Origin: the human T2T-CHM13v2.0 reference genome, Homo sapiens
NCBI RefSeq assembly: GCF_009914755.1
Contig: NC_060925.1
Reading direction: 5' to 3' (one strand)
DNA length: 64,000 nt
The position numbers were made by a program, and so were the translations under genes. Every line of letters starts with the position of its first letter. Position 1 is the first letter of the stretch. Positions 1-13,118 of the stretch are shown piece by piece. The notes below the pieces were generated by a model. It saw nothing but the letters and a program-made list of their open reading frames with translations. It did no database searches and was not told the origin of the DNA.

Positions 1-89
1 TAGGAAAAAAAAAGAATGCTCTTGGATGATAGAGAAAAATACATGGCAATACAAATCTGATTTTATATTAAGAAGTTTCCTGATGTCAG

Positions 90-229
90 AAACAATGCCA
101 GGAAAAAGAATTGCAGTGATTGGCGCTGAAGTCAGTGGATTAAACGCTATTAAGAGCTGTCTGGAAGAGGGACTGGAGCCCACCTGTTTTGAAGGAGGCA
201 GTGACATTGGAGGAGTATGGAGATATGAG
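90..229 (+). pseudogene. FMO pseudogene 1 exon 2 (ATG at 95; FAD-binding region)
   Basis: tgtcAG acceptor (88-89); [45 protein letters not shown]; GTAAGT donor at 230. GxGxxG is altered to GAEVSG. Confidence 0.92.
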
Positions 230-1391
230 GTAAGTTTGAATGGTCTTATGTTTTTATGTATATGTGACTTCCACAACTGAGAAATAGAAATATAAGAATC
301 GCAGCACTAATTTATCCTTCAATTATCAGAATAATAATAAATATTTTTACTAATGTCTGCACCTGTGTGTTGAATCTCATTCTCTTCTTTTCCTCAAGGT
401 TAATATTCAGTCCATCCTTCTTCCTTTGGGAGTCCAGCTTCTTGAAGGAAGAATGTATGCTTGCTCTCAGCACTTTCTCACCTCCCGCCACATTTCAACC
501 ATTGCTACATGATGGACATCCCCAGCACTTCCTGAAAACTGTTCTCATTGCTGTTTCCAAAGGTGTCAAATCAAGTGGACCTTCTGGCCTTTTTGCTTTC
601 TCAAGGAGAGCTAATTATGTTAAAACCCAACCAACCTTCTTAAAAAACATTCGTCCCTAGCTTCTACAATTTCACTCTCTTTTCTTCTCTGCTTTTCCTC
701 TTCAATATTTTTCCACTTGGCCTCTAGATGTGGCTGGCTGTAGCTTTATTTCAATCTTCTGTTCTTTTAACTTTTTGCTCATTCCTTAGGCTATCTCCTT
801 ATCCCTTCTTGACTTCAGCTGCCATATATGCTAATATATAATCTTTAGATCTTTATCTTCAGCCTAACAACGTATGTATGCTAGAGCAACTAACACTAAG
901 GGTCTCACAGACAAATTCTCAAACCTTAAGAGGTTAGCATAATAACAATAGAAGATATGATTAAGTAGCCTTTCTCCAACTTTAACTTATACCCCTGGAC
1001 CATATAGCCTCCAAGGGTGCCACAGAAGGGAAAAGAGAGAAGGTGGAAGGCTACTGACCCATAACTGCCTAGGGCTAGCCTAGAGGTGGGGTGGCTACCT
1101 GATTTTGCTAATCTCTAGGATGTTCCACCAACACCTCATTAGCTTTTGAGGTCTTTTATTATCTGTGAGATCAATTCCCTGCATTACCTTCCCTGTCTCA
1201 AGTTAAGAGTAGTTTCCATGTTCCTGGTTGATCCCTGAGTGATACAGACACATCTCCAGGAAGGCTTTCCCAACACCACCTGCCTCCAGGTCCAAAGCAC
1301 CCTATGGACACACCACTATTACATCTATCTCACTGCATGTGATTGCTGATCTCCTGTGTTAGGTTTTCAAAGCATTTTATGTGAATTATTT

Positions 1392-2504
1392 TATCTGGGG
1401 AAATTCAGCCAGATATCGGGTGAAATTCACTCCTGATATTTCACATAGGTTCTTTTCTATTTTCCCTACGTGTCAGCTGGTCTGAGAAATAAAGGGACAG
1501 AGTACAAAAGACAGAAATTTTAAAGCTGGGTGTCCGGGGAAGACATCACACATCAGCAGGTTCCGTGATGCCCCCTGAGCCGTAAAACCAGCAAGTTTTT
1601 ATTAGTGATTTTCAATAGGGAAGGGAGTGTACGAATAGGGTGTGGGTCACAGAGATCACATGCTTCACAAGGTAATAAGATATCACAAGGCAAATGGAGG
1701 CAGGGTGAGATCACAGGACCACAGGACTGGGGTGAAATTAAAATTGCTAATGAAGTTTCGGGCACGCATTGTCATTGATAACATCTTATAAGGAGACAGG
1801 TTTTGGGAGCAGACAACCAGTCTGACCAAAATTTATTAGGCAGGAATTTCCTCGTCCTAATAAGCCTTGGGAGCACTATGGGAGACTGGGGCTTATTTCA
1901 TCCCTACAGCTTTGACTATAAAAGACGGCCATCCCCCAAAGCGGCCATTTCAGAGGCCTACCCTCAGGGACACATTCTCTTTCTCAGGGATGTTCCTTGA
2001 TGAGAAAAAGAATTCAGCGATATTTCTCCCATTTGCTTTTGAAAGAAGAGAAATATGGCTCTGTTCCACCCAGCTCACCGGTGGTCAGAGTTTAAGGTTA
2101 TCTCTCTTTTTCCCTGAACATTGCTGTTATCCTATTCTTTTTTCAAGGTGCCCAGATTTCATATTGTTCAAACACACATGCTCTGCAAACAATTTGTGCA
2201 GTTAAAGCAATCATCACAGGGTCCCGAGGCGACATACATCCTCCTCAGCTTACAAAGATGATGGAATTATGAGATTAAAGTAAAGACAGGCATAGGAAAT
2301 CACGACGGTATTGATTGGGGAAGTGATAAGTGTCCATGAAATCTTCACAATTTATGTTCAGAGACTGCAGTAAAGACAGGCATAGAAATTATAAAAGTAT
2401 TAATTTGGGGAACTAATAAATGTCCATGAAATCTTCACTATCCACGTTCTTCTGCCATGGCTTCAGCTGGTCCCTCTGTTTGGTGTCCCTGACTTCTTGC
2501 AACA
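1392..2504 (-). mobile_element. MER11-type solo LTR (HERV-K HML-8) in intron 2 of pseudogene 1
   Basis: The - strand starts TGTTGCAAGAAGTCAGGGACACCAAACAGAGGGACCAGCTGAAGCCATGG and ends ...GAATTTCCCCAGATA. Perfect 6-bp TSD TTATTT (1386-1391 / 2505-2510). Internal ~90-bp tandem duplication at ~2281-2440. Confidence 0.85.
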
Positions 2505-3869
2505 TTATTTTGTCCTCATAACAATACTGCGACTGCAAGGACAATGCAAAGACTTATTTACAGACAGAGAAATAGATTCAGAGAAATGATTTTATGTCAG
2601 GTTATTTTTCCTAGCCACACAATGATATATATCAAGAACCACATCAAAATACCACCTCATGTCATCTAACTTCACTAGGGATGCTCATATGTTAGGCTGT
2701 CACTTATTAAACTGCTGGTCATATTTGCAGAGACTAACCTTATCAGGAGGGGGTATTTTTGTATACAGGTACATCAATAAAATGAGTTTTATTAATAAAC
2801 AATGCTCTCCAGTTTGAAGAAGAAAACATATAGTTTGATTTTTCCTAAAGCTGATATACTTTAGCATGAATTACATTCCATATTTCATGGCTTGAAATAT
2901 TACACATGACACAAAACATTATTAAAACCCCCAAAATTGTGTTTTGTGTGTTCACGTATTAAAATAATGTAGTTAGGATTACAATAAATTTTTCTAGAAG
3001 AAAACAACATATTTTCAGTGGTGGTATGTTTTACCTTACCTTTAAATTACTTAGATATGTAGCCATAATTTTTTTAAAAAAAATCAATAATGGCTGTTAA
3101 TGTACACAACAGATACTGTATGTTGTGTGGACTCCTATTATATCTTGGAAAATGAGAATAATGTGCATCATAGAATTGAATTATGTTATTATATATTGAA
3201 AACTCTTCAAAACCATAAGTACAGTAGTGATAAAACATTATATACCCATCTGTGTGTGTATAGATAAATAGATAATATATGTAGCAAGAGATCTTGAAAG
3301 ATAGGCCGTGATTGGAAGGGTATACATCAAAATATTTAAAGGGATCATCATGAATGATAGTCTTCACCATAATTTTCTATAAAATAATAATAATAATAAA
3401 CATGTGCTGCTCATGTAATTAGAAAAAATTGCCAATATAAAAAATAAAGGATAAAAGAAAGTCTAAGTATGATCACTACTATTTTCTATGAGTCACTACA
3501 AACAGCCAAGGGCTTCCTGGATGCCCTCTTCCCAGTACTCTCCAGTCACCCATCAGTCTGGAACTTGAAACCCTACAAAGCTCTGCAGGCAGAGAAGCAG
3601 CCCTTATCTTCCTCTGCTTATTTTCACTTTCCGGTGTACTACACACATTTTTATTTTCCTGTCCTTCTGTCTGTTCCTCATTAGAATTTTTTTTGCTCTT
3701 CTTAACTATTTGCCGGAAAATATCTTATCTCTTAGTAAAGGTAATGTGAAATTGCTTTCTTTGAAAGAATTTAGTCCAGGAACCTCATAATTCTACATAT
3801 AAAGAGACTTCTTCTTTAACTTGTCACTCTTGTATTCTAAAAGATGGTGAGTGTCTTCTTCTCTTGTAG

Positions 3870-4058
3870 GAGAAGGCTGAAGGTGGCAGGGCAATCATCT
3901 ATAAATGTGTCACCAGCAATACTTCAAAGGAAATATCAGCCTATAGTGATTACCCTTTCCCTTCCCATCTTCCCAACTATTTGCACAATTCCAAATTGAT
4001 GGAGTACCTCAGAATGTACATCAAACACTTTCATCTTCTGAAGCACATACAGTTTATG
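3870..4058 (+). pseudogene. FMO pseudogene 1 exon 3 (189 nt; not in the ORF track)
   Basis: cttgtAG acceptor; EKAEGGRAIIYKCVTSNTSKEISAYSDYPFPSHLPNYLHNSKLMEYLRMYIKHFHLLKHIQFM; GTAAAT donor. Homologous to 54697-54885. Confidence 0.93.
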
Positions 4059-4493
4059 GTAAATGAGGTCGAGGGCACTTAGCACATGTGGAACCATCTT
4101 GGGAGGGTGGAAAACCAGGCCAGAACAAAGTACAGCAAGGCCTCCATTCAGTTTAGGGGGTGACAGGGTTCACCTTACATACATCTCTAGTGAAATCAGC
4201 AGGAGCTTCTCTCTTCTCTTCCTTCAGGAAAAAAAAAAAAATATGGTGGATTGGCTGAAACATCAGACTGGACCCCTTTTGTAGACTTACCCCTAACTAT
4301 GATCCCAACCATGATTGGGAGAAAACTGGACTAAATAAGGCTCTACTTAAAGAGGCCTCAGTAGCAAAATCAATTCTAAAGGAATCCCAGAGGAGAGTGG
4401 CTATAACCAACCTTATTCATTAAAGCCAAGAGTTCTTTGGAAGGAGGGCAAGTGGGAGGAGTGGTTATGAGTCTGAGTTTGTCTCATTCCCAG

Positions 4494-4656
4494 TCAAAGG
4501 TGTGCAGTGTGAAGAAGTGCTGCAACTTCTCATGCACAAGGCAATGGGATGTTGTGGTCGAGACTGGAGGGAAGCAGAAATCCTATGTCTTTGATGGGAT
4601 TATGGTGTGTAGTGGCCTTCATAGCCATCCCGTATTACCACTCCAGGACTTTCCAA
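4494..4656 (+). pseudogene. FMO pseudogene 1 exon 4 (163 nt)
   Basis: ttcccAG acceptor; SKVCSVKK...QWDVVVETGGKQKSYVFDGIMVCSGLHSHPVLPLQDFP; GTATGT donor at 4657. Confidence 0.92.
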
Positions 4657-5364
4657 GTATGTCATATAGAATGCTAAGGCACTGCTTTTATGGGGTTCTA
4701 TCGTTGTTATTGATTTTTTTTAAAGTTTTCAACTCCGAAGGTCACCTTATTTTTACAATAAATATTACCTTTTCTGACTGTGAAATCATGCATGCTCTTT
4801 GAAAGTCCGTTCAATAATAGATAATGTTTTAAAATTGAAAATAAAAATTACTAGTATCTCATCAGCATCTGGGCTTTTTAATAGGAAAATCCCACATTTT
4901 AACACAATTGGAAGGTTGTTTTGTGTTGGTAATAGTTTGGAGTAAATAGGAAAATCAAAGCTACAGAAAATATTTTGAGATTTAGCTTTATTTCATGTGT
5001 ATGTATATGCATAGCATGACAAATATAAATAGCTATTTGCTGGTGTTACCATGCATCTTAAAATAGACTGCAATGTTACTGCTCTGCTATTTGGAAGCTC
5101 AAGCACCCTGAATACTAGGAATGATGCAGGAATGATTTCCCTGCACAAGATCTCTCTGTTCATCTCTAGAAATATAAGTATTTAGTCTTCTTGAAGAGGG
5201 CTGAACCTTAGGCTCCTTCAAGATTCCCAGGAGACTCTGGATTTCTCCACATCCATTGTTTCTTTCCCAGTATATAAAAAGATGAGAAGGTCATAATTGG
5301 CCAAGAGAGGTCTATTTTTTGTTTAGTTAATTAATTCGAGATTTAAACATTCCTGTACTTATGC

Positions 5365-6200
5365 ATTCAATAATAATTCAAGAAACGCCTATTGAGCACC
5401 AACTTACCAGAGGCTCAGCAGAGAGCAAAACAGACCAAACCTCCATCCTCAAGGAGTGTGCATGGTAGTGGATGGAGACAGACACAAATGGGAGAAATAT
5501 GTTGGAGGCAATACTTGTTGAAGGAAGGGGAAGCAGGGAAGGAGGAGGAATTTTAGCAATAGGGGATTGTCTTACAACATTAAATAAGGTGTCAAGGCAA
5601 GCCTCAGTTAGAAAGGGACATTTGAGTAAATACCCAAAGGAGTTGGGGAAGTGATGCAGGTATCTGGGGAAAGCATACTGTTTTGAAGGAACAGCATGTG
5701 CAAAGGCCTTGAGGTAGGAGTGTGCCTGACAATTCTAGTGTGGCTGGACCAGAGGAAAGAGTGGGAAGAAGATGAGGACAGAAAGTGAAAGAGAGACCAG
5801 ATCAAGAAGGGCCTTTAAATCTTATGTTTGGACTCTGACTTTGGACTCTGGGCCTCAGGAGTGGCATGCTCCCGCCACTTTGGCTGCTCTGTTAAGAATA
5901 GCTGGGAGAAGATGGTAGTGGTGGAAGCTAGGAGACTGGTGTGGATGCTCTTGCACTAACCCAGGTGAGAGATGATGGGGACATATATTGATATAGAGAT
6001 GATGGGGACATGTATCGAGGTGGTAGCAATGGAGATATATAGAGATGTGCTTGGAACCCACATGTAGTTTAATGGTAGAGATGACAGGATTTAGTGATGA
6101 ATTAGAAATGGGATGTGACAAAAAGAGAGGGGTCCAAGATAATACCAATGTTGTTGGCCTGCATGAGGGAGAGAGATTGAGGAGGCCACAGGATGACCAG
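5365..6200. mobile_element. Degenerate L2 fragment
   Basis: Starts attcaataataattcaagaaacgcctattgagcacc (L2 3'-end-like) and continues in typical purine-rich L2 sequence (cagcatgtgcaaaggccttgaggtaggag). Confidence 0.6.
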
Positions 6201-7550
6201 GTTCCAGAGATGCTCATTGCAAGTGGGACAGAATGGAATAAGATTGAAAATATTCAAAGGAGAGAGCTAAATTTATTTTCTAAGCACTTACTATGTCATA
6301 GGAGCATATCAAGGGATCCTTATACCGTTCCTATGCAATAGGTAAAATAATGTCCACTTTACACATTACAAATTTAACTACTAAGAGGTTCATGCCTAGG
6401 TTAAAAGTCACATTGACTCCAAGGGCAAAGGGTTCATTTTGGAATAAAAGAGAAACATTTTCTCCTGGAGAAAAGAAGACGGAGGAAAGATAGATGAAAA
6501 CACACTAACTTCTAGGTGTTGAGGAACTCACCTAAGAACTTTGTTGTTTTCATACAAATGAGAAGAAAGGTTATTTTCAGGGAATGAGAGGGGTGACATT
6601 GGCACCAAGGAAAGGGGAAATAATTGAAGTAGCTGCAGTAAGATAATTGATAGGGAGTCTATCCTATCCATGGGCAATTGAACTTGCCAAACATAGAGTT
6701 TAGGAACAATTGGATCCATGCCAGGAGTTCACTATGTGAGAATCAAATAACTGTTTCCAAGGGAAAGCTAATGTTTTGGAGCAAATTCTGTAGGGAAACG
6801 GGGACACAGCAAAGACTGAACCACCATCAGGACTGACTAAGGCTGTGCAGTGTCACAGGAGGAGCAAATGAAGCCCATATGTGCAGACCCCAATATTGTT
6901 TAAAAGATGAAATGCTGCAAAATCAATCAGCTTTTATGGCTTTGCTATATAATCTTTCTCTTTAAATCAAAGTAAAAAACTTATTTTTTAGGAAAAAATA
7001 AGTTCTTACGTCCTCTTAGCTGCAGATCTTGTGGGTGATGTTGGAGCGTTTGGCCCCAGTAGGAGAACAGAGCAATAGTGCTAGTAGGAAGGGTGTACTT
7101 GGCCCAGGAAGCAAAGGAAACAGCTATACAAGGATGAAGCTTGGCCAGGGAAGACAAGACAGAGGAAACTGAGTCCAGGGCAGTAGTTGTGAATAACATG
7201 AGTGATGGATGAGGAAAATATATTACTTAAATAAGAGCTGAGCTCCTCCTTGAAGGCTTTGCAGGATACAGATAAGTAAAAAGGAGTCAGAGGTGAGATA
7301 TCTGAGTTTCTCAGAAGTCTGGGGGTCTGTTCTGTCTTGGAATTTACAGTCTAGAACAAATCTGTAGGAGGATTCATTCTGCCTGATGATGCTGGGCTGG
7401 CAGGGTCCATGACACTAGCATCAGTAGACCAGCAAATGATATGCGTTAGTAGGATGAACTTTGAGTTCAGTGATAAGCTTTGGAGTATACCATCAGTTAA
7501 AATAAATGGAATAATGACCAATGCTTTAGTAATTTTGTTCTTTCCCACAG

Positions 7551-7693
7551 GGATCAAGAGGTTCAAAGGCCAATATATTCACAGTTGGGAATACAAGAGG
7601 CCAGATAAATTTCGGGAGAAGAAAATTGTTGTTATTGGCTTTGGAAATTCCAGAGCTGATTTGGCCATTGAGCTCAGCCATGTAGCTGCACAG
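7551..7693 (+). pseudogene. FMO pseudogene 1 exon 5 (143 nt; FMO signature and NADPH-binding motif)
   Basis: cccacAG acceptor; [47 protein letters not shown]; GTTTGG donor. Confidence 0.93.
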
Positions 7694-8015
7694 GTTTGGC
7701 CCCTAAAATTCTCTGCCCCTCAACGCAACCTGCCCACTTCTCTGAGCATTGCATGAAATGTGTATAGCATCTACCCCATCACACACACAGTCTTTATTGT
7801 TAATTATCTCTTCACACCTGTTTTCTTTGTAAGACATCATGGTAATCCATTTTAAACATTTGAAAATGTATTAAAAGTAAATACTTCAAACTTTAATGAC
7901 TGCCATATCGTTTATATTTACTAAAGCATCTGGACTCTTCATTAGCTCAGCCAAGGGTTTCAAAAATCAACATACCAGAAAACCATTTTTTTAATTTCTT
8001 TATTTTCCATTGACA

Positions 8016-8196
8016 TGACATTTGCCACCATCTCCCAACTCTGATTCCTCCATACTTAGATTCTAGGGACATGATCAACAAAGTGCTCTAGATACTGTAA
8101 TACTATGATTAGCAGATAGATGGGATTTACGTGTCAATTTGTTAATTTCTAATCGTCTTGCATTATTTAGTTTTTCTGGAATTTGGAACCTGAGTG
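8016..8196 (+). repeat. ~180-bp direct repeat, copy 1 (intron 5)
   Basis: Aligns by eye to 8943-9129 (catacttagattctagggac...aacaaagtgctctagatactgtaata...tttttctggaatttggaacct). Confidence 0.9.
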
Positions 8197-8515
8197 ATTG
8201 TATGATATGATGAAACACTGCTTTGAAGAAGGTTCAAAGGGCTAGTGGGTGAGATCCAGAGGGAGGCCTGGGCAGATTTCTGGAGCTATAAGCAATGTTA
8301 GGTGTGTCTGTATGTGTGAGTATATGTGTGACTGTATCTGTTGGTCTAACTGAGTTTGAGAAGTGAGGAACACTTCAGGCTAAAAAGGCAAGAGAGTTCT
8401 TATCCACTTATCCTCTTGAGCCAAATAAGAGATATATGAAGAACTGAGAAAACATCTTACAAAAGGAAATACATTGTGAGGCAGTTATTTTTCATATATT
8501 TGTCTTCTCTCCTAG

Positions 8516-8715
8516 GTGTTTCTCAGCACAAGACGGGGTGCATGGATGTGGAGCCAGGTCTGAGATTATGGGATGCTCATGGACACTGCCCTCTTTACTC
8601 ATTTTAAATCTGTCCTCAACAAATTTCACCCTGCATTCTTAATCAACAGATGGACAGAGAATAAATTAAATACTCGATTTAACCATGAAATCTATGGTTT
8701 ACAATCCCCACATAG
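8516..8715 (+). pseudogene. FMO pseudogene 1 exon 6 (200 nt) with premature stop
   Basis: cctAG acceptor; VFLSTRRGAWMWSQV*DYGMLMD... with TGA at 8561-8563 where the paralog has Trp (RVWDNG); GTATGT donor. Confidence 0.92.
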
Positions 8716-8942
8716 GTATGTTTTGGGATTTTTAAAACATAATATGGGGTCTTTTGGGGTCAGCAGCTGAGACTTGGAACATAGAAGTGGTTTAGAGTCC
8801 ATGTTTACCATCTTGAAAATAAACTTCAACTATCTTAGGAGAATGTTAATCATTGTTCCCTTTATCATGCTTCTTTAAACCATTCTACTCACTTTTCTTA
8901 CAGGAAAATATCGTGTTCCAGGATTATGGTGGCAGCTTCACC

Positions 8943-9129
8943 TGTCATTTGACACCATCTTCCAACTCTGACTCCTTCCATACTTAGATTCTAGGGACTC
9001 GATTAACAAAGTGCTCTAGATACTGTAATATTAATACTATAATTAGCTGATGGATGGGATTTATGTGTCAATTTGTTAATTTCTAGTCTCCTTGAATTAT
9101 TTCATTTTTCTGGAATTTGGAACCTAAGT
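8943..9129 (+). repeat. ~180-bp direct repeat, copy 2 (intron 6)
   Basis: Second copy of 8016-8196 with scattered substitutions and a short insertion (ttaata). Confidence 0.9.
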
Positions 9130-9154
9130 GGGGCATGAAAGTGGATGGGCCCAC

Positions 9155-9280
9155 TCATTTAACTCACATACTGGCTACTTATATAATAAGGAACACACAG
9201 AAGATACTCAGATAATATCATTTAACTCACATTGTGGCTACCTATATAATAAGGAACATACAGAATATACTCAGATAATA
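9155..9280 (+). repeat. Two-copy ~63-bp tandem duplication
   Basis: tcatttaactcacatactggctacttatataataaggaacacacagaagatactcagataata occurs twice with few mismatches. Confidence 0.85.
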
Positions 9281-9529
9281 GTTATTCATTTACTACACGT
9301 GGTGTTTGACCATTTCCTTCTTGGTTCTCCGGCTTCTGAAATTCACTCCTTCTTTAGACTCTGAGACCTGCATAAGGTGGACAGGCAGTAGATGGTGTAC
9401 TGTGTTATAAAGCATCACCTCCATTTTCCCAAGCCAAAAGAATCAGGAATCTGGCAATATAAGGGGAGCAATAAGAGGGGAGACTTGGGGCAGGGAGAAT
9501 CCTTTGAAATGCAGCAAATGCTTTCTTTG

Positions 9530-9760
9530 CCTTGAATAGAATTCTGGATCCAGACAGCTATCTGAATCCTTGCTTCACCATTTACTAGTTATGTGATATC
9601 ACCAAATTTACTTAACTACTTACTTATGCCTAATTTTTATTTTATATAAAATGGAGACAACATTAGCACCAACTCAGAAAATTGTTTTGAGCATTAAATA
9701 GGAGAAAGCACATGTGTAGCTTATACTAGCACCTAATGCATAGTAAATGCTCAACAAATT
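9530..9760 (+). mobile_element. MIR SINE relic
   Basis: Core motifs gaatccttgcttcaccatttactagttatgtga...cttaac...taaaatggag...tagtaaatgctcaacaaat. Confidence 0.6.
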
Positions 9761-11215
9761 TGTGTTGTTTTATATTATTAATTTTCTGACTATAGTAAAA
9801 TTATACCTATGGAATTTTAACTTATGGAGGTGACTGACTGACAACATGAAGAAGTCAATGCCATTGAAAGAACTTACATTTACTTACATTTCCCAAGCAA
9901 AGTGGGTGTGCCATACCACGCAGGGCCATAGAGGAGCACCATGTTTGGTCAGGTGGAAGCCAGAGCAAGGCAGAGAATTAGAGGAATCAATAGCAAGGAT
10001 GGCAAAATAGAAAGAAGAAAATTTCAGGAAGGGAATGGCCAAATGTCAAGTGTAGTAAATCAATAAATATTCTCTGAGCACCTTCTGTGTGTTCCTTATT
10101 GTATCAGTAGCCAATATGTGAGTTAAAAGAGTGAACTCGTCCACTTCCATGCCCCAAAACTCAAAAAGGGAAGTTTGCTGGAAACAAATGAGGAAATATC
10201 GCTCAACTTTTGTATGAAAACAGTTTTTGTCTGCATCTGAAGCATACAATTGTGTATTCTGAACACTGAATCTAAAAAAATACATAATGGAGCTAGAAAA
10301 ATCTTCTCAGAAAGACAATGAAAATGATGAAGGTAGACTGATGGTCTGCCGCATGATGACAGTAGAAATCTGCAGATATGGTGGGGTTGAGGAAAGATGG
10401 AATGTGGAATTCACTCAATGCTGACTGCAGACTAACAGCAAATATTCACGAGGTTGAAAAGAGTAAAATTTGGGATAAGTATAAACTTACGCATTGTATG
10501 ATTAATTCAAATATGGTGTCAATAGAATAAAACTTTGCTTGAAAATATAGCTAGAGTACTAGGGAAAGAGAAGTAGTAGAAAGTGGAAGAGGTAGGCAGG
10601 GACAGACCACATAGGGCTTTGTAGGACTAGAGCATGGTGGGGATTTGGGTTTTTGTTTTCAGTAAAATAGAAAACCACTGAAGAATGTTTTTGTATATTA
10701 AAAGAATCATTCAGGCTGCTAAGTGTAAGAGAAAATGTAGGGAGTCGAGGGTGGAAGCAGGAAGACCACTAATGGTATTGAAATTAGATGGTGCTAGTAA
10801 ATTTATTAAAATGGCATGTATATTCTCAATATAAAGTAAAAATAAAAATATGGTATGATTTTCCTGTTCCAATGCAAACACCTTGGCAACTATTTTTTAA
10901 AACTTTCTAATGAATGAAATTATTTAAAAGAAGTTAGATATTAATGTATTACCAGTATAAGCTTTTATATGACATTTTAAAATCTTTCCTTTGCATATAG
11001 TAAGCATTAATAAATATCATTGGCATTCTGATAAATACAGAAAGTTTCTGCAGTAAGTAATTCAGAAAAGGAATTGAGGAAAAGAAATATTTCTGTAAAA
11101 CAAAAATGCGGCTCTTTCATTAAGCATTGAGTCACTAATGGTAAGCAAATAGTAATTAATAGTAAGCAAAATGACTTACTATTAATTTTCCTGTACTTCA
11201 ATTTGTATTATTCCG

Positions 11216-11564
11216 ATTCCTGAGCCATCAAATTTCTATGAGTGATGATCTACCCAACCATGTAATTTGTGGAAGACTTGTGATGAAACCGAATGTGACA
11301 GAGTTCACTGAGACAACTACCATCTTTGAAGATGACACAGAAGAGGAGATTGATGCCGTCATCTTTGCCACAGGCTACACCTTGTCTTTCCCTTTCTTGA
11401 AGGAAGACTCATCAATCCTGGACAGCTGTGTTCCATGTTTAAACATGTGTTCCCTCCTCAGCTGGAGGAGCCAACACTAGCTTTCACTGGCATCCTTCGA
11501 ACAGTGGGAGCCACCATTTCCTCTTCAGAAGTCCAGAGCTGTTGGGCTGTATGTGTATTTAAAG
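11216..11564 (+). pseudogene. FMO pseudogene 1 exon 7 (mutated acceptor, frameshifted)
   Basis: [15 protein letters not shown]...VIFATGY..., then a frame change near 11425-11432 into [18 protein letters not shown]...WAVCVFK. Acceptor reads CG (11214-11215). 349 nt versus 353 nt in the paralog. Confidence 0.9.
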
Positions 11565-12074
11565 GTATGTGCTGACTTTAGGAATATTTAGAAAAGGTTG
11601 CCATCAGGTGGTGTGATTTCAGAGACATTGCAAAAGTCCTTTGCCGTAAAGCATCTCTGAAGTTAAAACCTTTACAATATCTGAAATTCTGCCACTTGAG
11701 ATCTGTTACTTCAGTGTTTGATGGCTACTTATTTAATCTTCATGATCCCTGTGTGAATATGAAAAATAAAAAGTACTCTCGTAAGTTATTAATGACAACG
11801 TATTGGCAAGTAATTCTTTAGAGCACTACAGGGATGTATGTAGCATAGAAAGTGAGAGCAGCAGGGAAAAAAAAAAAGATCTCAACATGAAGTAGAGGTG
11901 GGAAATAATAGCTCTCTTACTTCCCAATGTTGCTAGGGTCATTCTGGAATAAGCGAAAATTAAAGAAAGCATTTTTTGCCTATCTTTCAAGTGTCCATTC
12001 AAAATATAAAGAAAACAAGCAGGTAAATTTGGCAGAGTCACAGAGCCACTGGAATAACACTACAGCACAATTCA

Positions 12075-12270
12075 AAGAGCAAGGGCTTTATAATCAAATA
12101 AACCTGGGATTAAAAACTAGTTCTACCATGTACTGGCTGCATGATCTTGACCTGCTACTTGACCTTAATTTCCTCATTTGTAAAAATGGGAAGACTTATA
12201 TCTACTTTGCAGGATGGTAAGAATTAACAATTAAGCACCTTGACTTTAGGAGGCATTCAGTAAATATTGA
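12075..12270 (+). mobile_element. MIR SINE relic
   Basis: acctgggattaaaaactagttctacc...cttaatttcctcatttgtaaaaatggg core. Confidence 0.6.
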
Positions 12271-13045
12271 TCGAATAAATAGAGATTAGCCATTGTTGTA
12301 ATCCGTTATTATTATTCTTTATTTTACCATTAATTCTAAGCTCAAGAATGAATCAGTGATGACAAATTCAAAACCTACCTTTATAAAATGATGCCAGTCA
12401 TATTGTAGTAATTCTGTTTATTTGTCTCTTTCTCTTTTAAAAACTTTTCCTTATTTCCTGGAACATTCTGTGTTTTTCAAAATGTAGGATGTCACCCATT
12501 TTAGGAATGAAACAGAATTGTAAGAAGGTGACTTCCATCCATTAAGATGGAAAATTAGTAGGAAACTTTGGTGTAAAGAAAACAATCAGAAGACTTTGAA
12601 TTACCATTAATAGCTACAATCCATATTTGTAAACTAAGTAGTAATAGAAATGAACAAGTTTAACTCCCTGTTTAAAGGAGAACCAGAGTATATATTCTGA
12701 TAATGGAACTACAAACATGCTCATTTGTGCCTTGTCAGTTGGGTGAGACTCAACCCTTTAGTCCATCCTTCTTCGTGGGCTTTGAGGGCTTTGAGGTCTG
12801 CTAATCAAAATGTGAATTCATCAGGCATGTGACAAAGTTGTATGTTTGCATCTGGCAGGCATGTGCACTGTTAAAACAATGAGTGGAGGGCATTCCAGAG
12901 CTGTCCCTGGATTCATCTTCCCCATGCCTGTGCTACCTCACTCATGATGTTCTTTACCAAACGGACCTTTGGGGTGTCTATATTTTCCTGAAACCGCATC
13001 TTCTCAATAAGAAAGCCATGTTGAAATCCAGAATTTCTTTCCTAG

Positions 13046-13118
13046 GATTGAACAAACTACTTTCAGTGAGTGACATGATGGCTGACATAAGAAAGAAGAG
13101 AAAAAAGTTGGAAAAGGT
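13046..13118 (+). pseudogene. FMO pseudogene 1 exon 8 (73 nt; donor mutated)
   Basis: cctAG acceptor; LNKLLSVSDMMADIRKKRKKLEK. The position homologous to the paralog's donor reads ATAAGA (13119). Confidence 0.85.

Noticed and set aside
9128-9364. ORF with a repeated 21-aa unit, and a possible CRISPR-like repeat
   Set aside because: It is only a two-copy 63-bp tandem duplication in an intron, with no spacers or cas genes, in eukaryotic DNA.
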